IMG/VR virus record: IMGVR_UViG_3300042691_015921
DNA from: a virus
Strand: one strand, 5' to 3'
Length of the DNA: 64,000 nucleotides
Numbering within the stretch: the first letter of the stretch is position 1; each line of letters opens with the position of its first letter. Under the pieces are notes generated by a model. It was not told where the DNA came from. It ran no database searches and saw nothing but the letters and a program-made list of their open reading frames with translations. The position numbers and the translations under genes were made by a program. Below are positions 1 to 12,200 of the stretch, one piece after another.

Positions 1-26
1 TAAATACAGTCGATGGATTTTCGTAT

Positions 27-692
27 GTGAATAATGCATATCTAAATGCTGATTCTTACTTTACTGGAGTAATTGATACGGGAATACCATGTACGGCATA
101 TTATTATGCTAGGGGAGTATTAAGAGATTATAATAACCCTTCTAATATTCCATGGTTACATCCTAGACCATTAAGTCAATCTATTGCTAGAGATTTCAAC
201 GCGGGAACAATTAGTTATACATATAACTTTGATGATCGTCCAGCAAATCTTGTACCTGGGGCAATTACTGAAAGTATTCAAATAAATGATACATATCCTG
301 GCGAATTATTTTCAGTTACTCCGGTCATTGGTAGAAGTCAACCAGTATTACAATACCTTAATTCTAGAAGCGAATATAAACGTAGCCTTTCTATCAGTTT
401 AACTATGGCACAAACGGGCAATCCTTCGTTTGGTTCTACAAATGCAAATGGTGAAATAGTAAGTGATTCTGCAACTAGACGCGGAATATTGCAAAGAATG
501 TTTTTAACTGAAAAACCAAGTATATCACAAACATCTGCATTAAATGATATATTTCAGGCGGCAAATCCAGTAAATGACCCCAATTTTACAGTGGCTAGCG
601 GAAAGTGTTTTCATTCAGCACCAACAGAAAATTGGGACGCAAGGACAAGGAATTATAGTTATAATATAGAATGGACATATGAAAGAAGATAA
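27..692 (+). CDS. Putative virion structural protein (5'-truncated; frame is open from window start)
   Basis: No stop upstream in this frame back to position 3; first gene of a co-oriented run of large Ser/Gly/Thr/Asn-rich ORFs. Confidence 0.5.
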   Translation: MNNAYLNADSYFTGVIDTGIPCTAYYYARGVLRDYNNPSNIPWLHPRPLSQSIARDFNAGTISYTYNFDDRPANLVPGAITESIQINDTYPGELFSVTPVIGRSQPVLQYLNSRSEYKRSLSISLTMAQTGNPSFGSTNANGEIVSDSATRRGILQRMFLTEKPSISQTSALNDIFQAANPVNDPNFTVASGKCFHSAPTENWDARTRNYSYNIEWTYERR

Positions 693-705
693 TAAGGAAT
701 AAATA

Positions 706-3700
706 ATGCCTACTAATATTCAGCCTTTTGGAACATCTACAGATTCTCCAACATATAATGTCGCTCCAATTAAACTATTTGGATGTACAGTTATAGATTT
801 TAGTGTTTCAGCAGATTGGTCTGCTCAGGGCGGAAGTTTAAGTTGTAGACTAATTGAAAGCGATAGCGATGGAGACAGACTAACTATTCCAGTATTAGGT
901 TCTCCAGTTCTGTTTGAAATGAAAGACACTAATGGAAATATATTATTTCAGTATATTGGAATAGTAGATTCATTTTCAAGATCGGCTAGTAATAGTAAAA
1001 CATATTCTGCAAATTTTAGTAGTCCTCTAAAAATACTGGAAGCTACAAGTGTGATATTAGATGGATATGCTGGACTCGGTTCTTCTCAAGAAGGATCATA
1101 TCTATTGAACGGCATAGGCTCACAAGATTTTGGACATAATAATCCATCAATTATAGTTGACAACAGTCCCGGAGTTTATCACTGGTGGAATGTTGCTAAT
1201 CTTATTAATGTTTATGGAATATTAGAAAATGATGATCCAGTATATAGAGTGCCAACGCTTTATGATAGCATTTTAACCACTCCAAAACAATATGGAGATT
1301 TTGGATTTAGCGGTAAGAGCAAGGATGGAATTCCTCTAATAAAGTTGATGTGGGCATTACACATGGGGATTAATCACCTTCCGCCAATTGATCAAACACA
1401 AAGACAAAAAACACATGGAGGAAATTTACTATTTGGTCGCCACAACTATAACATTTATGATGATCAAGAAGCTATACCATATTATTATCATTTTGATGCA
1501 ATTCATTTCTATAATCAAATTGTAGATAAATTAGGGCCAGAATATAGAATAGCCGGCCAACACAAAACCCTATCTGAGATCATCTCTCATTTATGTGATG
1601 AGGCGAATCTAGAGTTTTATACATATATTGATCTTTATACTGATACTACGATTGGTGATCCGACTTTACAAGATCAAATCTTGTATCCAGATGTTATAAA
1701 TCAACCGGCTGTATGTAACTGGATTGCAGGCATTGGACAAACAATGGTGCCAACCAAATTTTCTTCCGGTGGAAATTATGGCGGCACAATTAGAGTTAAA
1801 ACTATAGATAAAAACTCTTTCTTTAATCAATATAGACCATTTAGCAATATTGCATATAATTTAATTGGACTAGAAGTTCCAGACTTAAAAAATTCTGTTA
1901 TTTCCTCATATAATGGAATTCATCCGGGAAGAAGGCCAATTAATGATACATCATATGGAACCTCGACTAGTAATTATTATTCAGATCCACTAGATTCTAG
2001 CGGTGTTGGATTATGGCGTGGATCAAATATAGAACAGCCACGTTCTGATTGGGGATTCACAAATGCCGGAACAATATCTGTTGCTAGTGGTGGAAGCTTT
2101 CCCGTGCAAGCAACCGGAGTAAGTGGACTGCCTGTTTTATTTGATCCTAATAAGCTAAATGATATCAAAATTAAGAGTTCTGATATATCTATTAAATTAA
2201 ATGACTTTACAACAATGAAGGTTATTACCGGAGGATATCAGACAAGATTAGTTTCTTCACCAAGAACAATGTTAAGGCATTATTGGGGGGATATTTTATT
2301 ACCAACTGGATCAGACCCAAGAACAACTAGTGACACAGCAACAGACTCTTTAGGATTAGATGAAACTTCTGTTAGAAAAATACCCGTTGTAACACAGTTA
2401 CTAGATCCAAGAGATGTTGATGATTGTATACTTATTGATATGAAGAGTGATTTTGGACCAATTACAATTACAGGAGTAATGTATCAAGGAATATATGCAG
2501 CTTCATTATTAGAAATTCGCTGTGCTATGTCTTCTATAGATAGCTGGAAAGCATTCGTGGAAGGATATAAATATCAAAAAATAAGGAATATAACGAAAGC
2601 TTTCTTCCCAGAATGTACTTCTCCAAGCGGACAAACAAATGGAGTCCCTGTTACTAAAGATGAATTAGAGAAGGGAATGGCGACTATCAATGCTTCTGGA
2701 GGTCTTGGTTATGCCGGTGCGTCTAATTTACTTGGTTTGGGGAATATGTTCTCCTTACATCAGACTCATAATAGTTTAGTTTCAACTAATTATAATAGAT
2801 CTGGTGATCCAAATTATTTACCGACAGCATCTGGCTCTGGTATTTTTGGTTTAGGCATTAATATTTCATGTGCGGCGGCAGAAGTGGCAGTGAGACAACA
2901 TGTACTGCCAACATTTCATGAAAAGATAAAAGAGATTGGTGATAAACATTATGGTAAATCATGGTATGCCCCGGTTCCATACGCAAAGGCTATTCAAGAC
3001 TTAGATGGCGATAATCTGGTTGGTAATTTTAAAAGATCATGGGAATTAAATGAGGCGGCATATGTAGAACCTTCTAATTATTATTCAAGACAGATTCCAC
3101 AAAATAATCTCTTTATAAAAGACGGAAAAGTTTCACCTTTCTTAAACTATGATCATAATTTCTTGGCATCAAATACTGGACAGTATGATACAAATTATGC
3201 ACAAGCTATTACAAACTTAGTAGGACAAGCACAGAAGATTTGTAATTTTTCTGAGTATAATCTAGATAAGTTATGCATCACTAGATACTCTTCCCCGTCC
3301 GGTGTTGATTCTAGTGGAAATATATTATACGGTGCATCTGGTCTAGACATAGTTCATGCGGCACCAGATAATATTGAAAATGGATATGCGTTTTTGCCTA
3401 TTGGATATGATGGTTATTACAATAGAGCAAAACTTCCTTTTAGTGATATCATTACTGGACTAAGGAAAAAATACGTAGATTCTAAAAATTCTGGTTCAAA
3501 TTTAATACCAAGCGGTGAAGGACAATTTGGAACAAGTTATTACTATACTATGTTTCAAATTCCATGGACTAGATTTGTACCAACAGATAGTGATCTATAT
3601 GCAAATACTACAACTAATGAACAGCCCCAAATCCCTGGAACGTCTGGACAAATTCCAGATAATAGCGGTTATTTTGAAAGCGGCGTAATTGGAATACCTT

Positions 3701-4512
3701 CTATTACTAATCATAGATGGCTTTCGGATACCGTAAGCGGACTACAAAGTTTGAACTTTGAAGAGAATGGAAGATTTTGTTTTCCATTTGTCAAATTTGA
3801 ATCCTCTAGAGTGTTTTTGCCTGTGCCGAGGCCCGGCTCATCTGGTAATGCAATGGGCGATTTATCAATGAATGGACTGAATGTATTTCTTGGGACTAGC
3901 ATAGCTAATAAAAACGGTTTTCCAAATCAGCCCGGAAGTATTGCACCGTCCGGTAAATATAGGCAACATCAAACCCTTGAAGACCAACTTGTTTCTGTAT
4001 TAAAACCTTTTCAGGCTTGCGTAGTACCAAAAAGTTTTAATTATGCTCAGATATCTACTAGATATGTCTACGGCCCATGGATGACAAGTCTATCATATAT
4101 ACCATTCAGGGGCAAGGTTGAGTATGAACAAGATGAATCTTTAATTCCTGAAAACTTTTTAATCCCAACAAATTTTGGTCAATTTGGCGGTTTTACATTA
4201 AACCAAACAAGTGGATTCACTGGAATGAATTTGGCGGCACAAGGTCGTGCAAATGCTATTGATGATTTTGCTTTATTTGCAATAGAAGAAGGAAGTATAA
4301 CAATTCCCGGAATTCCTTCAATTAAAAGAATTGGTGATAGTTTCTATGGGATACAACAAGTCACTGATATTAAGATTAATATCAATAATGACGGAATGGA
4401 AACAACATACAATTTTAAGACAATTTCTCCAAGATTTGGCAAAAATACTAGAGCTTTAGAACAGAAATTGACTAAAATATCTGATGACATTAAAAAATTA
4501 AAACTTAGGTAA
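706..4512 (+). CDS. Large putative virion (tail/baseplate-type) protein, 1268 aa
   Basis: Long ORF with SD (AAGGA) upstream; beta-rich composition; C-terminal segment resembles the ends of tail/baseplate hub proteins. Confidence 0.5.
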   Translation: MPTNIQPFGTSTDSPTYNVAPIKLFGCTVIDFSVSADWSAQGGSLSCRLIESDSDGDRLTIPVLGSPVLFEMKDTNGNILFQYIGIVDSFSRSASNSKTYSANFSSPLKILEATSVILDGYAGLGSSQEGSYLLNGIGSQDFGHNNPSIIVDNSPGVYHWWNVANLINVYGILENDDPVYRVPTLYDSILTTPKQYGDFGFSGKSKDGIPLIKLMWALHMGINHLPPIDQTQRQKTHGGNLLFGRHNYNIYDDQEAIPYYYHFDAIHFYNQIVDKLGPEYRIAGQHKTLSEIISHLCDEANLEFYTYIDLYTDTTIGDPTLQDQILYPDVINQPAVCNWIAGIGQTMVPTKFSSGGNYGGTIRVKTIDKNSFFNQYRPFSNIAYNLIGLEVPDLKNSVISSYNGIHPGRRPINDTSYGTSTSNYYSDPLDSSGVGLWRGSNIEQPRSDWGFTNAGTISVASGGSFPVQATGVSGLPVLFDPNKLNDIKIKSSDISIKLNDFTTMKVITGGYQTRLVSSPRTMLRHYWGDILLPTGSDPRTTSDTATDSLGLDETSVRKIPVVTQLLDPRDVDDCILIDMKSDFGPITITGVMYQGIYAASLLEIRCAMSSIDSWKAFVEGYKYQKIRNITKAFFPECTSPSGQTNGVPVTKDELEKGMATINASGGLGYAGASNLLGLGNMFSLHQTHNSLVSTNYNRSGDPNYLPTASGSGIFGLGINISCAAAEVAVRQHVLPTFHEKIKEIGDKHYGKSWYAPVPYAKAIQDLDGDNLVGNFKRSWELNEAAYVEPSNYYSRQIPQNNLFIKDGKVSPFLNYDHNFLASNTGQYDTNYAQAITNLVGQAQKICNFSEYNLDKLCITRYSSPSGVDSSGNILYGASGLDIVHAAPDNIENGYAFLPIGYDGYYNRAKLPFSDIITGLRKKYVDSKNSGSNLIPSGEGQFGTSYYYTMFQIPWTRFVPTDSDLYANTTTNEQPQIPGTSGQIPDNSGYFESGVIGIPSITNHRWLSDTVSGLQSLNFEENGRFCFPFVKFESSRVFLPVPRPGSSGNAMGDLSMNGLNVFLGTSIANKNGFPNQPGSIAPSGKYRQHQTLEDQLVSVLKPFQACVVPKSFNYAQISTRYVYGPWMTSLSYIPFRGKVEYEQDESLIPENFLIPTNFGQFGGFTLNQTSGFTGMNLAAQGRANAIDDFALFAIEEGSITIPGIPSIKRIGDSFYGIQQVTDIKININNDGMETTYNFKTISPRFGKNTRALEQKLTKISDDIKKLKLR

Positions 4513-4516
4513 ATAA

Positions 4517-6271
4517 ATGACTAGGACAAATAATCCATCAATTACAACTAGACCAGCATCGTTAGTATTGGTTGGCGAAATTACCCATACGTTACGGGCA
4601 CAGGGAAATGCTATAGCCACTGGAATAGAAGTAAACGGCAATAGTGATTCTCCTGTAGTGAGTGGACAATGGATGGAAGTTCCACAGGCACAGATTGGTT
4701 TATTAGATTACAATAGTTTTATTGATTTAGCCGGAAAATTTAAAGATGGAGTAACAGATAAAGACCCTTGGAATATACTTGGTGCTACATCTCTAGACGC
4801 TATATTTTATCCATATAATAACTTTACTAGTTCCGGCAGGGCTGGCCCTTATTTACCATATTGGACCGCACCAGCATCAACAGCGGGAAGTATAAATTCT
4901 ACGACATTAAATCCATTTAATCCATTTAATCAATTATCTGGAATAAATCCTAGAGGAAATCCAATAGGAAATGATCCGTGGTATTCTGGTGGTCATAATA
5001 TTGCGATGGCTTTAAATTATAATCCATTGGATTCTGGAATAAATGGAAGTGGAGGATATGTAGGTGCAAGCGGAACTTATCCATTCGGAAGCGGAAGTCC
5101 AGTAGATTTATATTTTGAAAAAGATCATTGGGCTAGAAGTACAGTAGAAGTTTCTGGAATTCGTGGAGTTGGATTAAAAGCCCCAATGGTTTTAACTGGA
5201 TGGGGTTATGATATTGATGGAAATCCCGTTCCTTCTAATCCAGCAGATTCTACTAAGTTTCATCCACAGGCAAGCTGGAACCCAAGCACATGGAAGTCTG
5301 GTCCGGTAGATTTAAGATGGGATAATGATCGCGGAGTATGGACTGGAGGAAACACAACTAAGTTATATTTAGTAAAATTAACCAATTTATATACTCCTCC
5401 TAGTTTTTCTTTTGAAGTTGAAAGAAGTAATAGTAGAAATCAGTATACTAGAAACGCACCACCAAATGTACGTGCATTTAGTTCTACTGGAAACATATAT
5501 GATCCAGAATATTTGGCATATAATAATAATTCTAGTAATATAGGATATTATGAACAACTAGACTATAATAGTTTAGAATTCCCCTTTTATGAAGCTTTTA
5601 TAATTAGGGAAACACAAAACAATCCAACACCAGCAAATGACTACTATAATATATGGACAAATGATTGTCAAGACTGTGGACATGTTACTATTCCATGTAG
5701 TGGTGCCGGTCATGGAACGTCTTCATCTAGTAAAAAGATATTAGTTGAAAATCCATTAAGACAATCTTTTGACGTTGGTGATTTGGCGTTTACTGTTTAT
5801 ACTGGACGAACAAAGAAAGTTAATACGGGATCTTTTACGGGAGGGAATGGAGTTGGTGCATCTGGTAAGATAGTAGTTGATGCTAGTGGTAGAGCATCTT
5901 TCAGTGTATTATCTGCCGGAAGTGGCTATACGACTGGTGGTTTTGCGATACAATCAACTGGATGTAATATATGTACAAATATATCGCTTACATTTACCGG
6001 AAATGCACTGTCTAGCGGGACACTTACCCCATCAAGCGGATTTCCTCCAAGTCAAGAATGTATTGTTAATATTTATCCAAATAATGCTACAGTTGAGACA
6101 GAATCTTTACCAATACATTGGGTATTACAAGCGGAGTTTAAATCACAGCAAGTTGTTACACACGTTGAATGCGATAATGGTGTATTACAAACATGTACAT
6201 TAAAAATACAAACTCAAGGATATAAAACATGTGAGTGGTGCGGCGAGGATACTGCACTAATTAATAACTAG
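4517..6271 (+). CDS. Putative virion structural protein, 584 aa
   Basis: Gly/Ser-rich; VLSAGSGYT motif common in phage tail/baseplate proteins; tightly coupled to neighbours. Confidence 0.5.
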   Translation: MTRTNNPSITTRPASLVLVGEITHTLRAQGNAIATGIEVNGNSDSPVVSGQWMEVPQAQIGLLDYNSFIDLAGKFKDGVTDKDPWNILGATSLDAIFYPYNNFTSSGRAGPYLPYWTAPASTAGSINSTTLNPFNPFNQLSGINPRGNPIGNDPWYSGGHNIAMALNYNPLDSGINGSGGYVGASGTYPFGSGSPVDLYFEKDHWARSTVEVSGIRGVGLKAPMVLTGWGYDIDGNPVPSNPADSTKFHPQASWNPSTWKSGPVDLRWDNDRGVWTGGNTTKLYLVKLTNLYTPPSFSFEVERSNSRNQYTRNAPPNVRAFSSTGNIYDPEYLAYNNNSSNIGYYEQLDYNSLEFPFYEAFIIRETQNNPTPANDYYNIWTNDCQDCGHVTIPCSGAGHGTSSSSKKILVENPLRQSFDVGDLAFTVYTGRTKKVNTGSFTGGNGVGASGKIVVDASGRASFSVLSAGSGYTTGGFAIQSTGCNICTNISLTFTGNALSSGTLTPSSGFPPSQECIVNIYPNNATVETESLPIHWVLQAEFKSQQVVTHVECDNGVLQTCTLKIQTQGYKTCEWCGEDTALINN

Positions 6272-6279
6272 GAATAAAT

Positions 6280-9200
6280 ATGGCCTTTATAACTAAGACG
6301 GACGACACCAAGTGTTATAGTTGTGGAAAACAATGCATTAATGTAGAGTTTTGTTCTGCTGGTGCTAGTTATGATTCTGACGATATTGGAAGTCAAGGGA
6401 TTTCTATATCTAGAAATATCCGCGTTTCTATAGTAGCTAATCCTGAATTCTGGGGATTTAGTGGAGTTTTAATTTCTGGATGGGCAACATATTCTAATGG
6501 ATATTATGATTTTTTTGATGGACACGATGAAGATCATAAAGCAGAAAAAACATGTAGTAGCATCACATATGGGCCGTTCTTAAATGAACAAAGACCAGAC
6601 GTTTTTTATAGATCAGTCTATGATCCAGATACAGGAATATCAACCCATTATGGATCAGATGGGTCATTAGAAGGAAGTGGATTGGGCAGGGGTGGTGCAG
6701 AAGTCTATCTTATTAATAGACGTTCTGGTTTAGTTGCAGGCGTCAGTTCAGACAATGCATCTTGTGCAACAGCAAATCCTACCCAGGTATTCAAGCAATT
6801 TCCAGAAAATTACGGTTGGGGAAATAAGATCAACTTCAACACTAAGATATATAAAAATCTTAGCGGTGCATGGAGAATGGTTAGTCTAGAAAACTGTCAT
6901 CCACAAGGAAATCTATATAAGCCGGCTGGATATCTAATTGATTGTTCTGGAAATGAAAAACAAAATGTTTCTGTCGAGTATAAAAGATTCCAAAACTATG
7001 AACCTTCTAGGACAAGAGCGTCTGGAAATTCATCTTATTATAACTATATTTCTGGTTGTCATCCAGATGGTTCTGTAGCTGGAAAATATGCCGGATATTT
7101 TGATGGAAGCGGTAGTATATTTAGGTCTACATCCTCTTCATCTTTTATCCAGGCAAAATTAGCATACGGTTCACTTTCAAATCAAATTGCCGCAAGCGGT
7201 CTTAGAAATGGAATGACTATTGGAATAAAGAATGATGTAAGTGGAATATTCAACAATGTATATACAATCTTTGATGTTACGCATACACCCACTTATACAT
7301 TAGTAAAATTTGTTGGAACAACTAGCAATAATACACAACCAAATTCGGCAATACCAACTGGCGATTTTAGTTTGAATATTGGACAAAGTGGGCATTGGGT
7401 AGCATTTAATACATATGATCCACAGACTTGTTGTGGTCTTAGTGCCTATGGAATTTCTGATAAGGACAAACAGTTTTGTGACGGATTGAATTATCATACA
7501 GACTTTAGAAGAATTTTTAATCATCCAAAAAATATATTACAATCTAATAGAGATCCACAGTGGAGATATAACTACGGATTATATGATAATATCACGGCAT
7601 TGTCTGGCATTTTAGCAGAATCTGGTCGTCGTGATTTTAGATACCCATCTATAGATAATAGCGGACTTCCAATAATTGTGAGCGGTAGTCCAGTATTTGA
7701 AAAACAGTTATCATATTATGGAGATTTCTTTATTGAAGACAAATATGATTCTGCCAAAAGATTTGAACAAGCTATAAATAGAGGAAAGGGTAGAAATGCT
7801 ACATGTTATAGTAAATATGCTACATTAGAAATATTTCCTGATTGTGTCACACAATATGATTTTTACAATAAATGCGTCACAGAAACACAAACGTATGTAA
7901 CAAATAGACTACCTAGACTGGCTTTCGTTTATCGTGGATGTAATTTCAATGACGACTGCTCATTTGATGCGAGTGGATTACCTCTTGGCGGATGGAAAAA
8001 TCAAGGAAGTGTTCCAACCGGTATAGAAGATTTAAAGAGGCAACTAGCAGGTCAAGAAATACATATGTTCCTTAATTTAGGAACGGCTTGGGGTGGAAGA
8101 AAACCGCTTAGTCCATGTAGGTGTGACTGTGATTCAGTAATCCCTGGACAATATCCACCAGAACATATTCAAATTCCAAGCCCTATCACTTTTCCATCTT
8201 TTCCAAATTTTGATTTAAATCCAACCGGTTATGGATGTAAAGACGCTAGATATCAATTGAATTATAAGAGAAATGAAACCGGCGGATATATTACCCAGAG
8301 CGGTTTCTGTGATCCTTTACCAACATCTAATTATGCCTGTATGGTAAAACAACCATATGTTACATATGGTTATATTATGAATCTGTGCGGCAAAGAAACT
8401 AAAAATAGAAAAGATGTTATTACAGAAGCATTTTCAAAACTCCATCAGGACAAAACATATACAAATGCAAACCCAACAGGCAACATAACAGAACCAATGT
8501 ATTGGAATATTGTCGCACCAAACCCAACACCGTTTGGCGGTAGTGGAGGCGTCTGGTCAAGCGGTAGTAGTGCCAGAGGAGACTCTGGCGGTTCATTTTC
8601 TCAAATTGGTGGAAGCGGATATGGGTTCTGGGGACTTGCCGACTCAAATAAACAGGTGGTTGCACCATATTTTTGTACAAAACAAAGTTCATACACATGT
8701 TGTACAAACTCTGGATCTTATCTTGACTATAATACAACCGGCACATTGACTAATATTTTAGGAACTAGTAATGGCTGGCCTACCTCTAAGGTTCCTTTTC
8801 TAATTGAAATAGAAGTAGACGATAGTTGTGTTGGATGTGCATCTTCTAGTATGAAAGCGGAAACATTAAATCTAGAAATAAACGGCTTAAATTCTGAGTT
8901 TATATGGCAGCAGCTTTCTACAAGATATGGACATAATTACTGCAAATATGGAGCGGCTAGCGTTTTTGGAAAAGCAAAGACTGAGCCCTCCTTTACGTGT
9001 GTAAGTGGATTTAATCTATCAGTATGTGGCAATGATTCACTTAGAGCAACTTATGGAGACTATTATACTGGAAATACATGCTCATGCATAAATGGGTTTA
9101 ACGTTACATTACATCCTGTAGTAGCATCCGGTTCAAGCGGCGTAATAATTGGATGGACCAGTAATCAGCTTGGTGGTGGTGCTGGAATGGTAGAATTGAC

Positions 9201-12200
9201 TGGCTGTAATGACTTTGCGAGTGCATATCTTGATGCTGATTATTTTAGGGCAGAAGGTGGAGGATATAGAGTATTTGCTCAATTTGATCTTGCGTGTCCA
9301 GATCTACATCAATATATAAATGAACCATATTATCCAGATGTATATTATGAAAATAATCCAATATCAGCAATCTGGGGAAATGCTAATTCATGCTCTCATC
9401 ATTATCCGGCAAGAATAGGAGAAAATGGAGACTTAGATTTACAAACGACTTTATATTTAGTGGCTGAACAGAATGTGGATATATTTAAAAAATTAACAAG
9501 TCGAGGGCTAAGATATAAGAATTTTTCACAATGTTTAACATTAGATGATTTTTCTTCTGTAGATAATCCATTTGGTATTTGCCCTGGTGAAAAAGTATAT
9601 ACATACGGTTGTTCTCTAGGTGCCTTCTTCTATGGATGTAATTATTCTGGAGGTTATCCCGGAAGTTATCCAGAATGTAATGGAAATACACCATGTAATA
9701 CCTGTCCAACTGGAACCGGGAGTGGAACAGTAGTATGTTCATGCGGAAGTGCTATTGGGTATGAAGGTATTTTTCCAAGAAGACTACCGGCTAATTATCA
9801 ACTAAACGAATGTGCCTGTGAATGTAAAGACCCAGCATTGATCGCTATTTATAATCTTACATCCACCGGACTAGTTCTAGTGTCTGGTGCTAGTGCTGCG
9901 TGTGCAAGTGTTTATTGGGCTGGAACCGATAAGATATCACCAACATTAATAAATTGCCCAACTCCTCAACCATTTATTGGAATTAAATTAGGAACAAGTA
10001 AATCTACTGACTGGTACGATTGGAGTCATGGTGTAAACTCTGTCGTAAGTGGCGTGAGGTATGAACTAAATAAACCATTCTTAAATACGGAAGAATGTAA
10101 TACATTAAGAAGACTTCCATATACTGCTGGAAATAATGCTACTAATATTGATTGTACGATAGCATCAGGCAAAGCAAATTATTGCAATGCCAATTCAACA
10201 GTAAATACAAAAACATGTGGAAATCCAGTTTATAGTACAGGATCATTTCCATCAGATGCAATAAGAGTTCGTAAAAAGAAGTGCCATCCAGAAGTGGCAA
10301 TTGTTAATAAAATTGAATGTCTAGGATCTGGTGGATACAAACTATATGTCTCAAGAGAATATCATGAACATGATAGAACTTGGTATGAAGTTGAAAGCAG
10401 TTCATGTAAAGTAGTAAATGCGGGTGCATATGTTTATAATGACGGCACAACTTCTGGCTGTCAATTAATAAACTATTCTATTCTTGCAGACTCTGTTACA
10501 CCAGCCTATACTTCACCCTGTAGTACGCATCCTTCTTCTGGATCATTTGTTACTCAAGACTATAAGTATCAGAAGTCTTCTTTTCCATCTGGTTCACATA
10601 TATGGAATTATTTTAATCTATTTTATTCTAGTGGATTTTTGCCAACTGTAGCAAATGGATATTTAATCCCGTCCGTTTCTAGTGGTTTTGCATGTACTGG
10701 AACTCCAGCGACAATTGTTAACTCTGGAACAGTTTTTGGAAGTGGATCATATTTGAGTCCATCGGGATTTAATGGCATATTTGCGACAAATCTTAAACAT
10801 AGTTGTGTACAAGACTCAGCAGTATGCGGCGGGGATTTGTGGTGCAATAAGATGTTTTTTCCGAGACATGAATATAAGGCTGGAACAAGAATTGCACCTT
10901 TTGGATCTCCTTCTATATGTACCGCGAATAATGAATTTAAATCTGCTTTTGAATTAGATGGTTATGACGAAAATGGTCAAACAATATCTGGCGGAAAAGA
11001 TATATTAAATGAACAAAAGTCTAGGTTCTTTGACTGGTGTAATGATTCTATAATACAATTAGCAAAACAAGATATAGGAATAGATAGTACAGAAATTATA
11101 GTTGATGATTATTTACCACTTATTGGAGTTATACACCCAGGATGGAAATTTACATCAGATATTAAAAGCTGTACAGTTGGAGGAACTGGATGCCAAGATA
11201 TACTTCCAGTTCATAGTGATATAAGTATCGCTGGCGGCATACATGAGCCAAAAACTTATACAACCCATGGATTTGACTCAATGGGTTATTATCTAGATAA
11301 ATCTGGCATTTCATATAATGGTATTGGAAATCTAGTAGGGGCAAGTGGGGCAAACCAATGCCTGTTCAATCCGTTCAAAATATTAATTGATGTTGAATGT
11401 TCACTAAATAGAATTGCTAGAAAAAACTTTCCATCAGATTCACCAACTTATTTACATGGTGTTCAGACTTGGCCCGTAGAATCATGTTTGGGCATGGTAG
11501 GAGAGCCAGGGTGTGGATGTTCAGATACTAAATGTCAATTTGCATCTAGTGTTAAACAAGGAGAATGCACTGCATTCCAGGGCACTTCTTACATTGGTAC
11601 AATTGCAAGTGGAACATATACGTATTGTCCAAGCGGAATAGAATGTAGTGGTTGTGGACTTAGTAACTGTGAGGAAAGAAATGGAATATTTATCCAGATA
11701 GGAAGTCCTGTTGGTAAGTTTTTTGATCCTAATATATTTACATCTATATCACCCATAGGGGAATTAGCAATAAATTCAACAGTTGTTTGTTATTGTCAAT
11801 CCGGTAGTGGAACTACGTCTGGCGTATACACAAACGTTGCTGGGCCTTTAACTGGATCATGGGCATTGAATACATGTGATGGAAGTGTATATCAATTATT
11901 ACCAAGCGGAACAAGATATGTAAGAAAATGGACATGTCAAAATAATCAATATATAAATAAAGCACCAAGCTTAGGATATACCTCATTATGTGATTGCGAA
12001 TCAGATATCAATGAGGGATTATGTGATGCAAAATATAGATGTGCAGACTTTTCGACATGTGCATGTCAAGAAGTTGGTCAATCAGGTCAAAGTGTTCCAA
12101 ATATAACTACCATTGGTGCAGGAGGAAGCGGAACATGGTGGTCATCAGACTGCGGATGCGAGGCATATCCAAAAGCTATGGGTGCCTGTGGACAAGACTC